A stretch of 64,000 bases of DNA from Adineta vaga (GCA_021613535.1 CP075493.1:2480001-2544000), one strand, 5' to 3'. Counted from the stretch's first letter, positions 14,560 to 27,649 are shown. Notes: generated by a model from the sequence alone, not told the origin. Made by a program: numbers and translations.

Positions 14560-17500
14560 ATGCCACGTGGGCAAAATACAGCACCAACTGTTGATCAAAT
14601 TAGTAAAGATCGAATTACACTTGTAAGTAAAGAATATAAATCGATTGAAATGTTCAACAAATGAATATACGTTTTTATTTAGCTTTCAGAACAATATTGG
14701 GCTTCGTATGCATTACAAAGACGTGCTTATGATCGACTAGTCGTCGATGAAATCTATATTAAAGAATTATTAGGTTCAAAGTAAGAAAAAGAAATGTTTT
14801 ATTCGAAGTATAAATAATGATTTTAATTTTGTTTTTATAGTTTTAATCTTCGTCGAATTATTCTTTTGGAATTTAGTCAATATTTAGAAAATTTCCTTTG
14901 GCCAAATTTAAATCCAGATCAAGTAAATATCCATTTTATTCTATTGAATATGACGATAAAACAACTCGTTTGTTTGATTTTAGTGTTCACCATATCATGT
15001 TATGTCTGTATGTGTGATGGTCAATGAAAAATTTCGAGAACGTGTACAACCATGGGATGTATGTATTTAAAAAACTAGTAGTCAATCAAATGTATGATTA
15101 TGAAATTAAATGACTTTTTTCCATAGGCAATTACTGCACATCCAGAACATTTCGGTCGATTTCTTTCCCGTGTGATGCATTTATGTTTGGAAGGTGATGA
15201 ATTATCAATCAAAGAACAAACCATTCTAATTATCTTTCTCGATCATTGCTTCAATAGTCTTGTAAGTATTATCAAATATTGAATTGAATTGATAACTTCT
15301 TCTCTATCCAATAATGTATTGCAGGAATTGGATGTGATTCGATCACAAATTCAAAAAATAGTTGGTTTAACTATTTGGAGTAATTTATCATCTGTATGTA
15401 GTCTGTTTTTTTCTTGAAATGAACTCTTCTAAAAATTTGATCATTTAGGAACGACGTGAATATGAATTTGATAAGACACCAAAATTTCGTAAACTTTGGA
15501 AATTAATTTGTAAAAAAGATGAAAAATTAGAAAATGACGAACTTCAAACAACTCTATTTGAACGAACATTTCTTCGAAAATTAGCTGAAAAATTTCTTCA
15601 TCTTATTGAAAATGTTCAATCTGTGAATGCTAATGGACATTATCCTATTGAAACTGTCATTTATACTGAACGTTTTCTGGAATTATTTACCGATATTATC
15701 TGTCAATTACCAACACGACGATTTCTCAATGTTGTTCTTGATGATATGAATTTTGTTGTACGATCTTTTCTTTCTTCGTATACAACATCATTGACAACTA
15801 CGGATGAAACGATGGATACTGATAGTCTTCCATCGATAACAATGAAGAAAGTTCGTACTGAAAATGGTGAAGAAGAACAAAAAGCAACAACGAAAACTGT
15901 CAATCTTTTTCATAAAATGTTAACTAATTTTGAATTTTATTCCAATTTTGAAATCAATGATACAACAGGTGAAACATTAACACAAAGTGAATTAATGGAA
16001 AAACATTATGAAAAAGTTCTACAATTACAAAAAGCAATATTCAAACATTTTCGAGAAGAAATGCCAACATTTGCTTTACGAAACATTCAAACAATTGATA
16101 AACGAGACATTTTAACTGAAGAATTCGAAAAACTCAGTAATGAACAATTAAAATCTATTGGAGCATCATTACAACCACCTATTCTTATTGATGATCGTCA
16201 ACGATTATTACAAGTATTAATATTAGAACATGAAAGAGTTCAAAGTCATATCGACGTAAGAATAATTTAAAAAATATGAAGTCTAAATGTGATTTGAATG
16301 TTTTTAGATTATCAATACATTACCATTGTATCCAACAGAAGAAACGATTTGGGATGAAGATATTGTACCAACAGAATTTTACAATGGTGAATCATGTTTA
16401 GCTTTACCGAAATTAAATTTACAATTTCTCACTTTACATGATTATCTTTTACGAAATTTTCATTTATTTCGTTTGGAATCAACTTATGAAATTCGTCAAG
16501 ATATCGAAGATTCAATTAGTCGAATGAAACCATGGCAAAATGATGCAACAATTACAAGTGATAAATCTGATCAACCAACTCAACAATGCCTATTTGGTGG
16601 ATGGTCACGTATGGCTCAACCAATAGCAAATTTTACTATTGTAGAAGTTGGTAAAGCTAATATTGGTGAATTACATCCAAGTCGTGTTCGTGCTGATGTT
16701 ACACTTGTACTTAATACACGGAAAGATATAAAACATGAATGGGAACATTTACGAAAACATGATATTTGCTTTCTAATTACATGTAAACCATCGACAAAAG
16801 TTGGAACAGCATATGATTATCGACAATCATTTATTCCACAAGTTGGTCTTACATATGTTCGAGGTTGTGAAATTGAAGGAATGTTAAATGCTGAAGGAAG
16901 ACTTATTGAAGAAGGTAAGCAACTGAGAAAGAAAAAGAAATTGTTCAAGATTTCATTTTTTTACTTAAAGGTGTTGATGAAAAACCGGTAATGACTGGTG
17001 ATACACGTACATGGCGTGTGTGGCTTGATCCCAATCAATATCAAGCTGATATTCAAGCAACATTAGATGGATCCGAAGATGTTTATGATACATTTAATGT
17101 ATTAATGAGACGGAAACCAAAAGAGAATAATTTCAAAGCTGTTCTAGAAACTATTCGAGATCTAATGAATACAAATGCTGTTGTACCAGATTGGTTACAA
17201 GATTTAATATTAGGTTATGGTGATCCAGCATCAGCACATTATACCAATATGAAAAATAAAGTTCCATCTTTAGACTGGAATGATACATTCATTGATGTCA
17301 AACATCTTAGAGCTAGTTTTCCAGATTATAAAATTCGAGCAACGGAAGATGATCGATCCAAACATGTGCCGCCATTCAGGTAATCACGTGACAAAATATC
17401 TTCTCATAAAATCAATGACTTTTCCTTCCACCTAAACTGAGAAACAAAGATTTCGTGACATTTTAGCTCATCTTTTTTCTCTTCATTCGAAAAATTTGAA

Positions 17501-20392
17501 ACTTTCATGTTTTCGTTCATTTAGATTAACATTCTGTGATCTACGTACCAAAGGTGAACATGCCGGTGAAAAATTAATCATTTTAGAACCATATCGGGTT
17601 CCAAATCGTGGTCCATATCCATTCAATCAACCTCGTCAAAATACTGTTCGTTTTACTCCAACACAAATTGAAGGTATCAAATCCGGTATGCAACCAGGTC
17701 TTACACTGATTGTTGGTCCACCCGGTACGGGTAAGACTGATGTTGCTGTACAAATTATTTCTAATATCTATCATAATTATCCTGATCAACGTACATTAAT
17801 TGTGACACATTCCAATCAAGCATTGAATCAGCTATTTGAAAAAATAATCGCATTAGATGTTGATGAACGACATTTACTCCGTCTTGGTCATGGTGAAGAA
17901 GAATTAGATACCGATAAAGATTTCAGTCGTTATGGTCGTGTCAATTATATATTGAAAAAACGTTTAGAATTACTTGAAAAAGTTGAACGTTTACAAAAAA
18001 GTTTACATGTTCAAGGTGATCTATCATATACATGTGAAACAGCAGCACATTTCTATTTGTATAATGTTTTATCACGTTGGGAAGAATATCTTAGTAAAAT
18101 TAATCAATCAAATAATAATTTAGATGTATTAATTCATGCATTTCCATTCAAAGAATTCTTCTCAGATTTAGATCATGATTTATTTCAAAATTCACAAACA
18201 TTTGAAAGCAATTTAGAAATTGCTCAAGGATGTTTTCGTTATATTCAACAGATATTTACTCAATTAGAAGAATTTCGTTCATTTGAATTAATGCGCAATG
18301 GTTCCGATCGAGCGAAATATTTATTAGTACGAGAAGCGAAAATTATTGCCATGACTTGTACACATGCAGCATTGAAACGACATGATCTTGTTCAATGCGG
18401 TTTTAAAGTAAGTTTTTGTTATTCTTATCATCTTGTCTCTTTAATATAGGAATTTTCATTCTATTTAGTATGATAATATTCTTATGGAAGAAGCAGCACA
18501 AATTCTCGAAATTGAAACTTTTATTCCCTTGTTATTACAAACATCAGATCAACAAGAACGAAATCGTTTGAAACGTTGTATTATGATTGGTGATCATCAT
18601 CAATTACCACCAGTGATTAAAAATATGGCTTTTCAAAAATATTCCAATATGGAACAAGCTTTATTTACACGTTTAGTTCGTCTTGGTGTACCAACTGTTG
18701 ATTTAGATGCACAAGGTCGTGCACGTGCATCAATATGTTCATTATATAACTGGAGATATAAAAACTTAGGAAATTTAGAACATGTTTTACAACAAAAAGA
18801 ATTCAAAACAACAAATGCAGGTTTGGTTTATGATTATCAATTGATTAATGTGGAAAATTTCAATGATGTGGGAGAATCAGAACCAATTCCATATTTTTAT
18901 CAAGTAAGAGAATTAGTGAAGAATACTAAATCTTGATTTATCTCTATTCTAGAATTTGGCTGAAGCGGAATATATTGTTGGCGTTTATATGTATATGCGT
19001 TTACTTGGTTATCCTGCACAAAAGATTTCTATTTTGACAACTTATAATGGACAAAAATTTCTCATTCGTGATGTTCTCAATAAACGTTGTGCAAAAAATC
19101 CATTACTTGGATTTCCATCGAAAGTAAGAAACCTTTTTCAGAATTGTAGAAATACTATTTATTATTGTATATTGTAGGTTACAACAGTCGATAAATATCA
19201 AGGTCAACAAAATGATTATATTCTTCTGTCACTTGTTCGAACAAAAGCTGTCGGTCATTTACGGTAAATAAAGTCGATTTTCTTCTGTTTTTTATTTTCG
19301 TTTTTCTAGAGATGTACGTCGATTGGTCGTTGCAATGTCTCGAGCACGTCTTGGTTTATATATCTTTGGTCGAGTTAATTTATTTGAAAGGTAATTTGAT
19401 TCTTCATCTCTCTATAAGAAAAATTGATTGCATAATTTTATTTAGTTGTTTTGAATTAACACCTGCTTTCAATATATTAACCAAACGTCCAGTGAAATTA
19501 TATTTATTACCTAATGAAACATATCCAAGTGTACGCGAAGTATGTTAAGAAAGACAAGTTGTTTTCTTTTTGAGAAAGAATTCTTTCAAATTTTTATTCA
19601 TTTAGGAAAAACGTGATCAATCAATTGTTCATCAAGCAATTGTTATGGAAAATATGCCACAAATGGCTGATTTTGTTTATAAATTGTATAGTCAAAAACT
19701 AGTTGCCTATCAAGAAAAGAAACGCGTAAGATATTTTCTTCATTCAAAATCATATCAATTGAATTCTTCTTGTTTTTTGTTTCTAGCAAGAAGAATTATC
19801 TCGTTATGATCCTGAACGTGATCTTCCATACGATCCATTACAACCATCTATTCGTGCGCCTGATGAACGTATTATAAATGAAAGTGCAACGGATATTACT
19901 TCAATTGAACAAATTAATAATGATAAACCTGTAACAACAGAATATATTCCTTCTCGACAACATCAAATATCTGGTACATCATTTCGACATGATCCTAATA
20001 TTGAAAGTTCAACTATTGAAAATCTTGACGATGATGATGATGAAGATGTTTACGATCCAAATAAACCAATACTTTTACAAAAACTACAAACATCAACAAT
20101 GGATACAACTGAACAAAAACAATCATTACCAACCAATAATCCTTCGACGACAATCGCACCTAAACGAGATGAAGGTAAATCTTATATAAATTTTTACGAA
20201 GTATAATTTCATTGCTTTTGTTTTCTTTAGAACCAACTGATGCATCAGAAGATGATCTCAATAAAGTATGTATTCTCTTTCACAAATATAATTCAATTGT
20301 TGTGCTTTTTCTTCTAGGCAGCAATTTTTCGAAGTGTTCTTCATCAAGATAATGAAATGGATACAATTCCAGCATTAAATGATGAGAATTAA
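14560..20392 (+). CDS. AQR: RNA helicase Aquarius (intron-binding spliceosomal SF1 helicase), multi-exon
   Basis: [41 protein letters not shown], Walker [43 protein letters not shown] and [11 protein letters not shown] are all diagnostic AQR motifs. Confidence 0.97.
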
Positions 20393-20513
20393 TCAATATA
20401 TTTGTTAGACAAAGAAAAAACAAAACATTTTCTACTTCTTTCTTTTCGAACAAGTTTTATTGTTCAGTTGTGTATTGGAATAAAAAAACCAAGATGAAGA
20501 CATTTTCTTTCTA

Positions 20514-21989
20514 TTAAATTATCGTTCCACGAAAATCAATTTGAATTGTTGTACTATTCTTATCACAAGGATTTGGTTTGAGTATCATGAGAAAATTATC
20601 CGAAAGAATTGGTTCATATTCAAATCCATTGATAATATTAAAATTTTCAATACGATTAGTAAATATACTACCAATAGGTCCTTGAAAGTTTTGTGCTGTT
20701 TCAACATCTTTAAATTCAATTTGAAATTGATGTGTTGTTTTACCTGTTCGAAGAAATTTTGTTGTTAATTGATTTCCATTTTTATTTTCGTTTAATTTTG
20801 CGATAAACGATGGATCACCATAGAATACAAATGTATCACGATCATAACATAAACCATAGATTTGTTCGAGAATTTTATCATCAATATTATCTGTATCTAA
20901 ATGATATTGTTTCTCTAATTGATCAACAACAGTTGTATAACCAGGATAAACACTTAGATCGAATTTAAAATGTAATAAACGAGGATTAATTGATTTCAAA
21001 TCATAGGTCATTCGTGCTTGATGAAGAAAATAGGCATCGGCTAGACTTAAACGACCTGGTACACTTTTCCATGTGTCAAGTGTTCCCCAACCAGCACGAC
21101 CATACCAAGTTTCGACTGTATAACCACACATTTGTCGTACACCCATCCGTCCAAGGAATGTTGTAACCATACATTGAGGTCCTTTACAATGTCCAATAAG
21201 ACAATTTGCAATTGGTAGATAAATTTTCGGATTTGTTGATGATTCAATTGCTGGTGCAACGGGTTCAGCATTTTCATCAAGTGGTACAAGACCATCATCT
21301 TCAACTTTTAATTTACCAACAGACCATGGCATTTCAACATAATCTTCTGTTCCATGACCACTTGTTACTAATAGATCTGGTTGCATTTCATTAAGTTTCT
21401 CTGTAAATATTTCAGCTGGTGCTTTTGGATATTCATTTCCTTCTTCTTTTTCTTCACCACTACCATCATCTATGCCACAATTTTTTCCATACCAACAACC
21501 TTTTTTCCCATCAGAAAATGTAAAACATGATTCAAATAAATTCTGATCAACATTTGTAAAATTAATTGCTCGTTGAATAATAAACGGTTGATCCACTGAT
21601 TCATTATCAATTGATTTAATAGCATATTCAGCATTGATACCAGTTACAATTGCCCACATTGCGTCAATATATGGTTCATTATCTAGTGTACGCATTAAAC
21701 GATGACATTGAGCAACAAATAATCTTCCACATTGATCAGGTTGACAGACAAATGCTACGAAACGTGGCATAGCAGCTTTTAAATCTGAATGAATCATTTT
21801 TAAATTATTATTCGAATAAACGAATAGAGTTGCTTGTGGATGACGATCAAGAAGAAAATTGACTACACTATTCCATTCGCTATCATTTATTGTTGATGTT
21901 GTAGCAACAATTGCATATGATTGAGAATAAGGTGTATTAGGTGAATCAAGAGTAAGATGTCGTGATGAATGATCTTTATGATGAGGCAT
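20514..21989 (-). CDS. Intronless 491-aa protein; bacterial-type, peptidase C25/gingipain-like (clan CD) fold candidate
   Basis: Single long ORF with no introns; LLVTSGHG (His) and IYLPIANCLIG (Cys) in caspase-like dyad contexts, followed by FVFYGDP. The CDS is certain; the family call is from motif recognition only. Confidence 0.6.
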   Translation of the reverse strand: MPHHKDHSSRHLTLDSPNTPYSQSYAIVATTSTINDSEWNSVVNFLLDRHPQATLFVYSNNNLKMIHSDLKAAMPRFVAFVCQPDQCGRLFVAQCHRLMRTLDNEPYIDAMWAIVTGINAEYAIKSIDNESVDQPFIIQRAINFTNVDQNLFESCFTFSDGKKGCWYGKNCGIDDGSGEEKEEGNEYPKAPAEIFTEKLNEMQPDLLVTSGHGTEDYVEMPWSVGKLKVEDDGLVPLDENAEPVAPAIESSTNPKIYLPIANCLIGHCKGPQCMVTTFLGRMGVRQMCGYTVETWYGRAGWGTLDTWKSVPGRLSLADAYFLHQARMTYDLKSINPRLLHFKFDLSVYPGYTTVVDQLEKQYHLDTDNIDDKILEQIYGLCYDRDTFVFYGDPSFIAKLNENKNGNQLTTKFLRTGKTTHQFQIEFKDVETAQNFQGPIGSIFTNRIENFNIINGFEYEPILSDNFLMILKPNPCDKNSTTIQIDFRGTII

Positions 21990-22903
21990 TTTCTTAAGTG
22001 TTGATTCAATGTTGTCGTATTCCTTTTTATATACGTTAATATTTCAGTTGACGCCTTGTTTTTTTTTGTCAAGAAAATAACAAAATAGAACTATCAAAAT
22101 GTCATTAAACCAATGACGAGCTGTTGCCTACCCATCGATACAAAAATCATCAGTTGAATATACTATGATTCATTTATTCATATAAAAAACAATTATTCAC
22201 ACAAATGTGTAAATAACTACATAATACTTTCTCTTGTCATTACGAATAAACAAAAAAATTAACTATCCATCGATCATGTATATGATTTATATCGAGTTCA
22301 ATTCTTATGAAAAAATATGTAAATATATTAAAATTCACTCGACGCATTTTTCAAATCAATCTGATCTGATTTGGTATACTTTGAGAAGATGTATTATTAT
22401 TTTGTATTGATGCTCTTACACAAATAAGTATATTTAATAGACTGAAGAAGAACAATAATAGATCAAATCTTTTCATATGTTCATGCGTTGATCTTATTAC
22501 TTTCATTTTGCATGCATAGAACAATAAGTCACTAATATGACGAAATTCAAGCGATACCGCACAATCCGTCAATAAACGTATAAGTCATGGAAAATTTTTG
22601 AGATCTTTACCATAATATACCTGATGCTTTAACGAATAAACTTAAAACACTCGAAAATTTAACATAGCTTTCATCAAATAGTCAATTGCCCTTGCCTGTA
22701 AAGAAAACAAACATACAAGGTAAAAAGAAAAAGAACGCTGACATGCTTCGAAACAAAAGATAGAAAAAACAAATACGACAGTACCCGTAATCATACCATC
22801 TTTCAACTCAATTTGGTATTGGTCAACCTTTTTTCTATATATATATATATACATATTTCTTTTATTCACATTCGTTAATCGTACGTCACAATCATATCAC
22901 ATC

Positions 22904-23614
22904 ATGTCGAAACAACGGATATTTGTGATTTTACTAAGTCTTTTCGTTATTTGTTTATCGATTCTTATTGGCTATCTTGATTCCATTAAAAGTCGTCATT
23001 ATATCTTCGATCCTGAAAAACTACATACACTTGCTCAACGTGCCCTTCTTGCTAATGGTCATTTGAAAAATATCGACGGAAAATTGATGCCTATTCTTCA
23101 AGAAAATGCGAATTCAACTCGACCAGTTATTGATTATATTGTTCGTGAATTACGAAAAACAATTGATACACGATATTTAACAAATGAAGAAGAATGGATT
23201 TTTAATAATGCCGGAGGAGCTATGGGAGCAATGTTTATTATTCATGCATCATTAACAGAATATCTGATTATTTTTGGAACACCACTTGGTACTGAAGGTC
23301 ATACTGGTCTCCATACAGCAGATGATTATTTCCATATTTTATATGGTGAACAATGGGCATTTTCAGCTGGATCATTAGAAAAAGAAGTTTATCAAGTTGG
23401 AAGTGTACATGTTTTACCTAAAGGTACTTCAAAACAATTTAAGATGCACAAAGGATGTTGGGCATTAGAATATGCACGAGGATGGATACCACCAATGATG
23501 CCATTTGGTTTAGCTGATACGTTAACATCAACATTAGATTTGAAAACTTTGTATCATACAATTCGAATTTCAGGACGTGAAATGATTCGAAATGTTCTAC
23601 AAGGAAAGATCTAA
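22904..23614 (+). CDS. ERG2: ERG2/sigma-1 family protein, fungal C-8 sterol isomerase type, intronless
   Basis: N-terminal TM helix; EEWIFNNAGGAMGAMFIIHASLTEYLIIFGTPLGTEGHTGLHTADDYFHILYGEQWAF and ALEYARGWIPPMMPFGLADTLTSTLD follow the fungal ERG2 consensus rather than animal SIGMAR1. Confidence 0.9.
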   Translation: MSKQRIFVILLSLFVICLSILIGYLDSIKSRHYIFDPEKLHTLAQRALLANGHLKNIDGKLMPILQENANSTRPVIDYIVRELRKTIDTRYLTNEEEWIFNNAGGAMGAMFIIHASLTEYLIIFGTPLGTEGHTGLHTADDYFHILYGEQWAFSAGSLEKEVYQVGSVHVLPKGTSKQFKMHKGCWALEYARGWIPPMMPFGLADTLTSTLDLKTLYHTIRISGREMIRNVLQGKI

Positions 23615-24569
23615 AAATACTTGTGCTAGTTATGATAATTTTACCACAAATTACAAATATAGATCAATACAGACACTTTTAAGATTTTCTATTTCAATTG
23701 ACATACAATGTAGGTGAGGAGGGGAAAGCGGATCTTGTCAGATCCCAGGATCTATCTGGATCCATAAGAGCCACTTCATTGGAATTTCTTTTTCCACTAA
23801 ATAAGTGAATTAACGGCAGAATTATAGAGAATAAACACGAAGTAAAGTCAAGATACTAAAATCGGATTGAATTTTCCTAGATTTAGCTCTTTTTTGTTTG
23901 ATGAATTTTAATTGGTTCACTGCAATTTAATGAGATTGCATCAGAATTCATGCGGATCTGAGAGGATTCGGTGGTGTCCACCAAGATCCAAAACAAATCC
24001 ATTCATCCTTAATTTCCTATTGCAAGAAAAAAAGTTAATGGTTTCGAATACTATTGATCTACACATTATTTGACTCGTATCATCGTATCTCGAATCTTTT
24101 AACGTATTTTAATAACATTTTCTTCAAATTTTCGTACTTATATTTAATACTAGCTACAAAACCATGCATCTAGGAAATCTTAAAGGTACTAGTCATCTGA
24201 AACATATCTAGGCACATTGGTGATGGAATATAGATTCTATATGTGAGACTATGTTGGAAACTATTAGTCAGAAAAGTATGATTTGCTGCAAAACTAATAT
24301 CATATTCGGGATCAACTTTAAAAGCTGAGTCGATTAACATTTCTTGATAGATTATTCTCATCTTTAAGCTTGGTCGAGATATTGACGAGACAATTCTGTT
24401 GTAAATAATATTCAAGTGTTTCTTCTGTATTTGAAGGACAACAAATCATATTTATTATAACTAATATAGTTCACTGATCAAGTTGTTATTATTATAAATA
24501 CGTTTTTTTACTTTAATGAACAAAAAAAAGGAAGTTTTTTTTTTACAACATATGAGTATTTCAATTGTC

Positions 24570-25505
24570 TTTTTCATTGTGACATTGATATTCAGATGTA
24601 TTTATCACACTTCGACATAATTTACTGTACCGAACGACAAAAGAGCGATTAACTTCTTGATTACTATCTTCAATAAAACATCCTAAATAAATATCAATTG
24701 TTTGGTGAACATAATAATCATAAGAACTACATTCCTACCGATTTGATTGATCAGAATTTTGGTAAATTTTTTGCCACAATTATTTTATTACTTGAGAGTC
24801 TGTTGATGTGTTCTTGGAGATTCGGCAGAGACCTTTTATTAAATAAAATTTATGCAATAACTTAAGCCAGAATACCGAGTTTTTCGTCGTCTTGGATTTT
24901 ATCAATATCATTATAAATTATTTTCATCATATCATCGAAATCCAATAATAGATCATTAACTAGATCTTTGATAATTTCAGATGGACTACGCATTAGAATT
25001 AATTTTCGATTCCATGCCATGAATAACCTTCAAAATAAATGAGTGAATATGGTCATCTATCATAGGCATTTATATACTCTTCGAGAAATACAAAGAAGAG
25101 AAAGAAATCAATCATCTTTCTTAATTTGATGTCAAGTTTTCAGTCTGTTTGACTTCTAATCATTTTCTCTACGGCGATTGATGACAATAAATAATTTCCT
25201 GTCTAAACTTACTTCTCCTTCTTCTTTTTCGACATCAACCAGCATTCCAATCACTGAGATATCAACGTCTAGAAGAAAATGGATACGTCTTTTAATTATG
25301 AAATGCAAATCGATACATACGAGCATTTTGCATTTTATCAAATAAAACATGTTGACGATTGCGGTCGAAATCGAAAATTGATTGGCATTCATTACTACCA
25401 AAATTCATTAACATATCATTTCCTGCAATAGTTTCATGTTTTGAATCCAATTTATAATAAAACAATTACACTGAGAAGTGATTTTTCCGACTTTAAAACC
25501 ATCTA
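24570..25505 (-). pseudogene. Degraded multi-exon gene remnant of unknown product
   Basis: Exon-like segments with GT-AG boundaries (LDSKHETIAGNDMLMNFGSNECQSIFDFDRNRQHVLFDKMQ; VDISVIGMLVDVEKEEGE; LFMAWNRKLILMRSPSEIIKDLVNDLLLDFDD) interrupted by in-frame stops (about 25130, 25110, 24780) and a frameshift near 25455; a MITE lies just upstream. Confidence 0.55.
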
Positions 25506-25552
25506 AATAGATAATACGGCGATATAAAAATTGGATGATTATGCGTTAAGTA

Positions 25553-25681
25553 CCCAGGTCAAACAATACGGTCCGTTTTGAAGGAGAATACAGTCTGTTT
25601 ACGAGACCGTAAAAGTACTGTTTTATCACAGTTTACGTTCCGAGAACGCATTGTAAACGGCTCCGTTTTGATCGATCTGGA
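25553..25681. mobile_element. About 130-bp MITE with imperfect TIRs and TA flanks
   Basis: Left end cccaggtcaaacaatacggtccgttt versus reverse complement of right end ccagatcgatcaaaacggagccgttt; TA on both sides (25551-52, 25682-83). Confidence 0.65.
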
Positions 25682-26442
25682 TATAAGAAGTTACCATGAT
25701 CTTTTATTTCAACGATGTCATGAACTGATTTATTATTAGTACATAATAGCTCGTCATTATCAATAACGTGGTTGCGAATACTTGTTAAATGTGTTTTACT
25801 TGGTTTATCTGTTTTGATTACAACAAAAGAAGCATTGTTAGGATTAAAATATTCGACTATATCTCGTTAAAAGAAAGGCAAATTAACTTTTCGTTATCGA
25901 ATAAAAATTTCATATAATTCACACAAAATACAAGGGGGCGCTAATTATCAGTGAATGATAAACATTATACGCCCGAATTGTAGTTATCATTATCATATTG
26001 GTTCTTCTAAAAGAAAATAGACAAGATGATTTTAGATTTTTTAAAGAAATTCATTTCAAAATGAATCATTCTGATACATTTAGAGTTTTATTATAAAACC
26101 AGCAGCGATACCCGATGTTGGTCCAGAACCTTGCAGGCTGAAAACTTCATGTGTCAGAAAACGACAGAAAATGCAGAGAGGGTAGTGCTTGAAAATTTAC
26201 AGCCAACACTACGACCTATCCCACCATCCATATATCTCAGATAGAACCACTTATACTATATAGCATTCTTAATCCACCTGTTTTTTTACAGTTCCCTCTG
26301 CAAAGCCATTCCATTCGCTTACTCCTATCAACCGTGTTGATCCTATTTAAAAGTCCTTCTGAATCCAAAGAAAGTGCCGTAGAAAGTTTGTTGACGTTCG
26401 CTATTACAGGAACTGAAAGCATAGAGAACAAACCAACTTTCT

Positions 26443-26495
26443 TGTGGGTGTCGGTGGCATTGATGAATAAATACACCACACACCCACACCCTCAA
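26443..26495. repeat. Short GGGTGTGG-family hairpin element (degenerate copy)
   Basis: tgtgggtgt ... cacacacccacaccctcaa; same motif family as the copies at 27589 and 35844. Confidence 0.5.
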
Positions 26496-26696
26496 GATGC
26501 CAGATGTTTGGTAAAGATCCTATAAAATATCGAATCCATATTCTTAAAACTTGTCGATCATTCTATTATGCACGACAGAAGAAAAACAATATTTAACAAA
26601 ATTTATATGTAATTGCGTAAGTTTGTTTCTCTGACTCATGTGTTAATATATATATGTATATATAACGTATGACGAACATCAAAAGAAACGTCAAAT

Positions 26697-27443
26697 ATGG
26701 ATTTATTACATGCAGCTGAATCTGGTCATTTATCAATTGTTAAAGATCTTTTATCAAATGATAAATCATTAATTCATTCATGTCGACATGATAATCGACA
26801 TAATCATGCTTTTAACGTTGGTGCTTCAGCTATTCATTATGCAAGTCGATCGGGACATTTGAATATTGTCAAATATCTTTTAGAATATGATACAACGATA
26901 ATTAATGATCGTGATCGTCAAAATTGGACTGCATTACATTATGCTTGTTATAATGGTCATATTCATATCGTTCGATTATTATTCGAACATAATCCAAATG
27001 TGAATACAAAAGATAAATATTTCTCTCAAACACCAGTACAATTTGCTATGTATAGACAATTTGATGATATTGTAAAATTATTTGATTTGAATGTTAATTC
27101 AACCAATAAACAAAACATTGATGATGAAATAAAAACACGAAATATTCCTGTTTTTCGAAAGAAATCAAATTTATTTCTTGGAAGATACATTCTCAATGAA
27201 AATCAAATCAAACAAATTGAATTATTTCGAAGAAATTCTCAAACAGATGATATCGAATTAAAACAAATTCAAGATATTGAATTATCTAATCTTCTTGTTC
27301 GTATTCAATTCACACATGATTTTACAAAACATATCAATCAAACAATCGAACTCTCGTCAAAACAAGATGATGATGATAATGATCTGTTTCTAAGATCATC
27401 ATCAACATCAGCTCATGAACATATTCTTGTTTTTAAAGATTAA
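26697..27443 (+). CDS. Ankyrin-repeat protein (about 4 repeats plus unique C-terminus), intronless
   Basis: LLHAAESGHLSIVKDLL, SAIHYASRSGHLNIVKYLL, TALHYACYNGHIHIVRLLF, TPVQFAMYRQFDDIVKLF. Confidence 0.9.
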   Translation: MDLLHAAESGHLSIVKDLLSNDKSLIHSCRHDNRHNHAFNVGASAIHYASRSGHLNIVKYLLEYDTTIINDRDRQNWTALHYACYNGHIHIVRLLFEHNPNVNTKDKYFSQTPVQFAMYRQFDDIVKLFDLNVNSTNKQNIDDEIKTRNIPVFRKKSNLFLGRYILNENQIKQIELFRRNSQTDDIELKQIQDIELSNLLVRIQFTHDFTKHINQTIELSSKQDDDDNDLFLRSSSTSAHEHILVFKD

Positions 27444-27588
27444 ATTTTTCACTTTTTACTCTGTCTATGCGTTAAAAAGTGACTTATTATCAGAAGCATC
27501 ATTCTTTTTCTTGTTCTTCACAAATCATATTGCTATTTAATTTATGCCATAGAAAAAACAAAATAATTTGATTCAGAGTAATGACGCA

Positions 27589-27649
27589 TTGAGGGTGTGG
27601 ATGAGTGTGAATACAAGAGGCCCTCATCCACACCCACGTCCACCCTCAA
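27589..27649. repeat. 61-bp hairpin element with telomere-like GGGTGTGG arms
   Basis: ttgagggtgtggatgag ... ctcatccacacccacgtccaccctcaa form inverted repeats. Confidence 0.75.

Noticed and set aside
23711-24009. GC-richer segment with repeated GGATC motifs, possible old MITE
   Set aside because: Terminal inverted similarity is too weak and no TSD could be identified.
26097-26479. Helitron-like start (accagcagcgatacccgatgttg) and 80-aa minus-strand ORF
   Set aside because: Only vague resemblance; no recognisable Rep/helicase or transposase motif and no defined 3' hairpin-CTAG end.
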